From NCBI GenBank assembly GCA_951406725.2, contig OX597819.1, positions 76,880,001-76,944,000 of the forward strand: a DNA stretch of 64,000 nucleotides, read 5' to 3'. Position 1 is the first letter of the stretch, and each line of letters begins with the position of its first letter. The position numbers were made by a program, and so were the translations under genes. A model generated the notes under the pieces. That model searched no databases. It was not told where the DNA came from and was given only the letters and a program-made list of their open reading frames with translations. The DNA comes from Octopus vulgaris (taxonomy: Eukaryota). Shown in pieces: positions 57,044-64,000 of the stretch.

Positions 57044-59063
57044 AAATGTTTTTTTATGATAAAATTATTTTAGCATTTTCTACCTTGACTTATTTTCCTT
57101 ATATATAGGAGGATTTTTGCACTATATATCATGTGAACTGTATACTTATAGACACATACATGTGTTGACTTTTACTTTTTTCTTTTTTAATTCACTATTC
57201 TAATTCAGTTTCTGATATGTGCAGGTAAATTATTTCTATTTTTTCTTGTGAACCTAATTAATAGTCAATCATTACTCTGATTGAGCAAGCCTAAAATCAA
57301 AGGAATTCCAACCATATCTTTTATTATCACTGCCATATAAATACCGTCATTCGTTTCCCATATTCTGCAAGAATATATCTGGTCATGGGGAAAATATTAC
57401 CTTGCTTGGAAACAGGTGAAGGTTGGTGATGGGAAGGGCATCCAGCTATAGAAAATCTACTTCAATAAACGTCATCTGACTCATGGAAAATTGGATGTTA
57501 AAATGTTGTTTATGATGATCAAGGAGTAGCTTACCTTATGATTATCCTTCTTTATCTAAGATAGTATGGAATGGTTTGAGTAAGATTTGGCTGCTATTTC
57601 TAGCAATCTGAGAGATAACATAGAACAGAAGTGGTTTAATACTTTAGGTCTAAACTATAATTTAATATAACATGTACATCCACCCTACTGGCCTTATGCA
57701 CTTGGAATTTTTCCCTTGATACTAAAATAAAAGATTTATTAGTTCCCTTGGTTTTACTGGTTGATAAATTAAGCTAATTGTGTAACAAGCTATTTAAGCA
57801 GACAAATAGTCAAACTTCATCATTGTGATTCTAGTTGATTTTAACTGTGATTGTCAGAAGCTTGTCTGTCTTCAGATTTGTGCTACTGGAATTTCCAGTA
57901 CCCAGTCTTCTCTTTCCCCTTTCTAACTATATCTGTCACACATTAGCAGGTAAGTGTAGTAGTCATTTATGGTAGTAGACTTTTGAAATCCCTTCTCTAC
58001 TGTCGAAAATACCATGATAGCTGCATGTATGTGTGCGAGAGAATGTGAGTGAGGGAGAGACATTTTTTCAGCTTTCTTAAGCTGAAATGTATTGAGTAAT
58101 GGTTTTTCCTGAGATTAGCTGTGTTACTTAAATTATATATAGTAATAGTAATGATGATATTAATGATTCCTTATATAGGTATAGGTAAGAAATTTGGCAC
58201 TGAGTGCAGTCAAGTATGTCAGCCTTAGTTTTTTCTCTTTTATTTTTATCAGCCCCAGAAGGATGAAATGCAAAACTGACCTCAGCAGGTTTTGAACTCC
58301 ACAGGCGTTTTGTCTAATAATAATGATTCCCAACTTGGGCACAAAGCAACACAATTTATGAAAGCAGTGCAGAATTAACTCATCCCCCATTATGATTAAG
58401 AAATATAATTAGTGATGCTAAAAAACTGAAAAGCAGAATGCATGGTGCTGGACTCTTATCTCACATTTGTATTACTATTTGTAATCATCTTCCACTCTAT
58501 ACCACTTCCATAATGAATTGTGGTTCTCATGGTCTGATGATTAGCCCTGATCATCACCCAGGCCATGAAGTACTGGAACAAAAACCATAAAGCTGCTCAT
58601 CTGATTCACTAAGACTTAAGCCATTCCATCATCCTAGCCTGGTACTTACTCTGTTTTGTCCCTAAAGGACAAACGGTGAAGTTGACTCCAACAACATCTG
58701 AAAGCAGAGAGCGGGAATAAATACTGCAAGGTATTTTTTTCTTCAGTGCTCTAATGATTTTAACAATTTATTGTGCTTATACAAGAAATGACCAGTCTGT
58801 GGGCTAGAGACTGGAACAGGTCTGTGAATGAGTTTTATGTTAATTGGTTGGGTGATTCTTTATTGGCGGCAGTCTAGGAGAGTGGTTCTCAACCATTTTT
58901 TTTACTTATGAGCCCCTTTAGTTCCTATTTTACTCTGGGGAGTGGGTGGAATCCTCATAGTTCAATAACAGACACTAGAAATACCAGTTACGCAATCTAT
59001 CCAGAAAGTAGAAATAGATAACTAGTTTACCAACTACCATATGTATATATATGTATGTATGTA

Positions 59064-59310
59064 TCATCATCATCATTGTTTAACGTTCACTTTCCATGCT
59101 GGCATGGGTTGGATGGTTTGATAGAGGATTGGCGGGCCAGATGCTGCACCAAGCTGCAGTCTGATCTGGCAGAGTTTCTACAGCTGGATGCCCTTCCTAG
59201 CGCCAACCACTCCGTGAGTGTAGTGGGTGCTTTTACATGTCACCGGCACGAGGGCCAGTTAGGTGGTACTGGCTACGGCCACGCTCAAATGGTGTTTTTT
59301 GTGCCACCAT
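59064..59310 (-). mobile_element. Retroposon 3' end with (GAT)n tail (also ~52310-52440, 56388-56590, 57370-57520)
   Basis: catcatcat...ttccatgctggcatgggttgg...ctggatgcccttcc shared among the copies. Confidence 0.65.
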
Positions 59311-60939
59311 CTATATATATATATACACGCTACTATACCCCACACACACACACATGCATACGTGTGAGTGTAGCTATATGGGTTCACATTAACAGTGCTT
59401 GCACAGCAATGATGTTTGCTTGAGTCCTACATAAACAATACATGTCTCGCAGCTTAGCAGTTCAACATGTGAAGCAAGAGGTACCTTACTTGTAAACATA
59501 AGTTGTCATTAGGAAGAACATTTGGTTACAGAAAACTGCTTCAAGAAGTCTTATTTAGCCCATACCTGCATGAAAAAAAACCCTCACAAAACTGGACATA
59601 AAATAATGTTGTTGATAACGTGGCTCTGTAGAAATCTCTATTTACATTTCTGTAAAAATTTATATTAACATTATTTCAATCAGTTTGATCTGACTTGCCA
59701 CAAAATGTCTTTTTCCTAAAGGTGCACATAGGAATGCACAAGATTTATACCAGGAACCATTATTTCTCAATTACTAGTAATAATATTCTTATCTTCCAGG
59801 CTACTGATGTATTTTCATCTCTAAAAATAATGTTAATAGTTCAAAAATGATAATCTTCTGCATGTTGCATGTCTGCGATATAGAAAGAAACATGCACATG
59901 CAGAGACGCTTGTCTAAATATTTACACATGTGCACAGATACATGCAGCTGTGCTTTGAAATTCCTTTCTTTTCATTCAGTATCACTGCAAATGAGAGATA
60001 AGATTTTTATCTCTAGTCAAATGAGTGTGGCTGCTATTGTTTTATACTTTTAGCATTCATGTTTTAACTTGAATGAATTGATATATATATATATTTTACC
60101 AACAATAGCGTAATACACATACACACGTGCACACATTCTATCCATAAATATATATATACGTTGTTGTCTAGGGAGAGTCATTATGTCAATATAATTAACA
60201 CACACACTGGTTCAATCCCATCCCTTTTCTTTATTATTAGTCATTTAGTTAAATAAATATCCAACTAACTAATTTGTTTTTGCTTGTCAAAGTAGCAATA
60301 AAAGAGCTTTGACAAATTAATTAGTTGGATATTTAACCAATAGACGAATAATAAAGGTATTCAGTACTTTATAAAACACACATGTTTCAACAACATGCCA
60401 TGATAATTACATAGTTATTAGAAACATTATCCAACCTTGCACTTTACCTTATCAGTGTTTAACAATAAATATAATGACGACACTTGTGAGATATATATAT
60501 ATAAACATATATGTACGTACCTACCTCTATATGTACATATACATGCATATATGAGTACAGGACACCAAAAGGACGTCGAACACAATGAGAAACGAAAACA
60601 TAGACACAAACCAAAGGAACTGGACATATATTTAAAAACAACAAAAAAATAGAATACAGGACAATTAACACAAAGAAAAAACCCCTTCTTCAGTCGCTAA
60701 AGCTTTCATCTACTCTACGTTTCGAAGGATAAAAGCGAGACGTATCTTCGACAAGAAAACTTTCCTTCCTGCGAAAAGCAAATCAATTAAAATTCTGAGA
60801 TCTTTTCGCAGAGGGGTAAAAAATAGTAACAACAGGACAGTAACGACAGTGCAAATTGTAAACAGTATAAGACAGGACAAGGAAAAACAAGATAAGAAGG
60901 GCTGTTGACGCCGAACGTAAAAAAGTATTACAAACGCAG

Positions 60940-60999
<60 letters not shown>

Positions 61000-61499
61000 T
61001 CATGCATATACATGCCCTGTTGAAAATATGGATTAAAAGAGTACCTGCACATACAGTTGACTAAAGTGTTTACTATCTAGAAAAAAAGTGAGATAACTCT
61101 TATAATATCAACTAAAACCGACTTTAAAACAAGGGACATGCATTGATCTCCACAACAAACCCTGTTTGTCTTATTTGGCTTAGACTGTGATGTGAGCAAC
61201 ACATACTCTCACACACACACACACACATGTGCACACTTAGTGGTACAGATTATGAATATCATCAAAAGAGATGAGGTGAAAGCATCTCGGGGGTAAACTT
61301 GTCTTATGTACTAAATGCAAATATGACAGGATCTCATAAACTTGTAATGCAGCAGGTTGAAAAACTTCAGTCTGAAAAGAATTATTCGTACAATTCATAG
61401 ACAAAATACTCAATAGAGCTGTTAAAAATTCTAAAACAAGCAAGCAATGTAACTTCTTCAGTCATATCAGCAAGCACATGGTGTGGAGTTTCCCTATAC

Positions 61500-62188
61500 A
61501 CACACACACACACACACACAGAAGCACAAGATGTGCACTGATATAAACAGGTGAGCATACATGCACACACACACATGCTCACACACACGCACACACACAC
61601 ACACACATGCTCACACACACACACATGCTCACACACATGCTCACACACAATCTCACTCTTTTCCACCCTCCCTCCCTCGTGTACATGCATATATAATCAG
61701 CCTGATATTTTAGTGTATATATGTATATACTTTTTTCTACTTTCTCTTTCACTGTTCCATGTTCTTTTCAGTTTCTCTTCCCCACCCCACCCACTTCCAC
61801 AGTCATCTCTTTCACTCCTTCAATTCATTCTCTCTCTCTCTCTCTGCTCATATTTACCTATCTCCCTACCTCCCACACCTCAGCTCTCTCTCTCTCTCTC
61901 TCTCTCTCTCCACCACCACCACCATCACTCATATTCCATGGCATTTTGTCTGTGCATTTGCACCTCTGTCACCAATCCCCTCGCTTCCCCTTCGCCCTCT
62001 CTCACCACCTCACCTATTCTCTCCTGCCATATGTAATCTCCCCTGCCAACAATTGTTATTCTCACACAGACTATTGGCTACTTAAGTTCCACCTGCAGAA
62101 ATTCCTTCAACATTTGCCAAGCCCTCTCACCTATTAACTATTACTGCTAATACTACTTCTAACAACAACAGCAGCAGCAGCAGCAATG

Positions 62189-62221
<33 letters not shown>

Positions 62222-62590
62222 ATAATAATAATGGTTGTGATTGTCATGCTCTAAGTACTATTTCAGTGGCTGTAATGAAAGCAGGCCTTCTTACCACCAC
62301 CACCAGTAGTAGTAGTAGTAGTAGTAATATTGATTGCTATGCTTTAGGTACTAAGATCACTTTCTTCCTACACCCTCCTTATTTCTTTCTCCGCCCCCCT
62401 CCCCCCACTCCTCTCCTGCTTTCTCTCAGTATCTTTGATTTCTGAGTTCTTCACATCTGTTTGTTCTTGAGCCGATCCTTCTCTCTCTATCTTTCTCTTG
62501 CTGTATTTTCTCTCTCTCTCTCACTTTTACCCTCACCACCATCCACCTTTAAGCTCTCTTTCTTCCTCTTTTAGTCTCTCTCCTTCTCTG

Positions 62591-62626
<36 letters not shown>

Positions 62627-62900
62627 TGACTTTCTCTTTTACCTTCTGCCTGTCTTCCTCTTAATCTTCCTTTTTCTTTTTGTCTCTCTTTCTCTACCTC
62701 CTTTCTTTCTTTCTCTCTCTCTCTCTCTCTCTCTCCCCCCCAGTTTCTCTATTTAATTTCCCCATATTCTCTCTCTTTGTTGTTTAACTCTTTTCCTTTT
62801 GTTTTCTCTTGTTTTTGTTTTCATTTTTCATATTTCCCTTTGATTCTAATTTTTCTCTCCTTTTCTTCCAAAATGTCACCCACCTCACCCCACAGGTCTG
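61500..62900. repeat. (CA)n, (CT)n, (TAG)n low-complexity region
   Basis: Seen directly. Confidence 0.85.
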
Positions 62901-63338
62901 TTTTTTTTATTATATTTTCTCTCTTTTCCTTTCAAATTACATTTCCTTGTCAACACTTAAATGAATTGTAAGGAAAACATAGAAGCAAAACACAAAACAC
63001 ACAAACAACAAATAAAAGCAAACAGAAACTTAACCCAAGAAATAACAATCCTGGTATATCTACTCTAACATTGTAACATAAGTGGTATAAGAATAGATTT
63101 ACAAGCATGATAGATGGACAAATGAATGTGTATATATACATAAATATTTGAATATTTATGTTGTGTATACATATGCAACTGTGTATGTATTTGTATGTGA
63201 TAAGGCAGTGAGCTGGCAGAAATGTCAGCATACTCCGCAATGTGTTAGGCTACATTTCTTCCTACATAACTTTCTGAGTTCAAATGCAGCTGAGGTTAAT
63301 TCTGCTGTTCATCCTTTCAAGGTTGATAAAAAAACAAG

Positions 63339-63758
63339 GGATCTTTTCGGTTTGAACGGCAGTTTTTAACATAATTTCTAGGTAACTAAAAAATTTCAAA
63401 CTTCGTATACTGGTAGAATGTGTTGTTTATAAAACATCTTTTTCTCTTGGCTTTATTGAGAAAATTCTATAGTTTGTAAGATATTTGTTGTTTTTTTTCT
63501 TCTTCATTTTCTGCAATTTCAACCAATCAATCACATCCATTGAGGTAAAAAAAACATTCTGTGCCATATGAATATGTCCCTCGTTTAAGAAACAGATTGA
63601 GTTTATTTACATTTGTGAAGAAAAAAAATATACCCTTCCCCCCACCTCTAACCCTAAAACAGATTGAAATGCAATAGATCGATACTAGGGTCATAATTAT
63701 GGGTGACAATTTCATATGACACCGCTAGAAAAAACTGCCGTTCAAACCGAAAAGATCC
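63339..63758. mobile_element. MITE with ~29-bp TIR (Merlin-like), copy 2, nested in a family B SINE
   Basis: Same TIRs and body as 37439. Perfect 8-bp TSD aaaacaag. Confidence 0.9.
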
Positions 63759-64000
63759 AAAACAAGTCCCGGTTGGGCATTAGGGCCAATGTATTTGACT
63801 ACCCCTCACTGCTCCGAATTCTAAGCCTTGTGTCTTTAGAAGAAACGAGTATAAGTCTGTTAGTATCATCTGGATATGTGTCTGTATCAGGAGTTCTCAG
63901 CCATTTTTCATCTATGGATCCCTTTTATTCTTTTACTTGTTTCAGTCATTTGACTGTGGCCATGCTGGAGCACCACCTTTAGTCAAACAATTTGACCACC

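Larger units (their letters stand above)
45703..64000 (+). other. Large intron after the NCX exon (next exon not recognised in the window)
   Basis: Canonical GTAAGT donor. No DDEEYEK-type continuation was seen by eye or in the ORF track. Confidence 0.7.

Overview
Eukaryotic, repeat-dense, AT-rich DNA, most likely an octopus or other cephalopod (inferred from the SINE families, the (CATA)n/(TA)n/(GAAA)n load and a squid-like NCX protein). The only clear host coding region is the large first coding exon (43964-45702, +) of a Na+/Ca2+ exchanger (SLC8/NCX), followed by a >18 kb intron. The rest is decayed mobile DNA: Penelope-like elements (PLEs), L1/Tx1 and RTE LINEs, a Gypsy LTR remnant, Tigger/pogo, mariner, hAT and Merlin-like MITEs, a non-autonomous Helitron, at least four tRNA-derived SINE families and microsatellites. 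The ORF track misses two signals. First, about nine hammerhead-ribozyme-like motifs of several sequence families sit in PLE pseudo-LTRs, some as inverted pairs. Second, identical repeat families switch from CpG-intact to CpG-decayed at about 51 kb inside the NCX intron, consistent with gene-body methylation. All alignments and folds were done by eye, and repeat boundaries are approximate.
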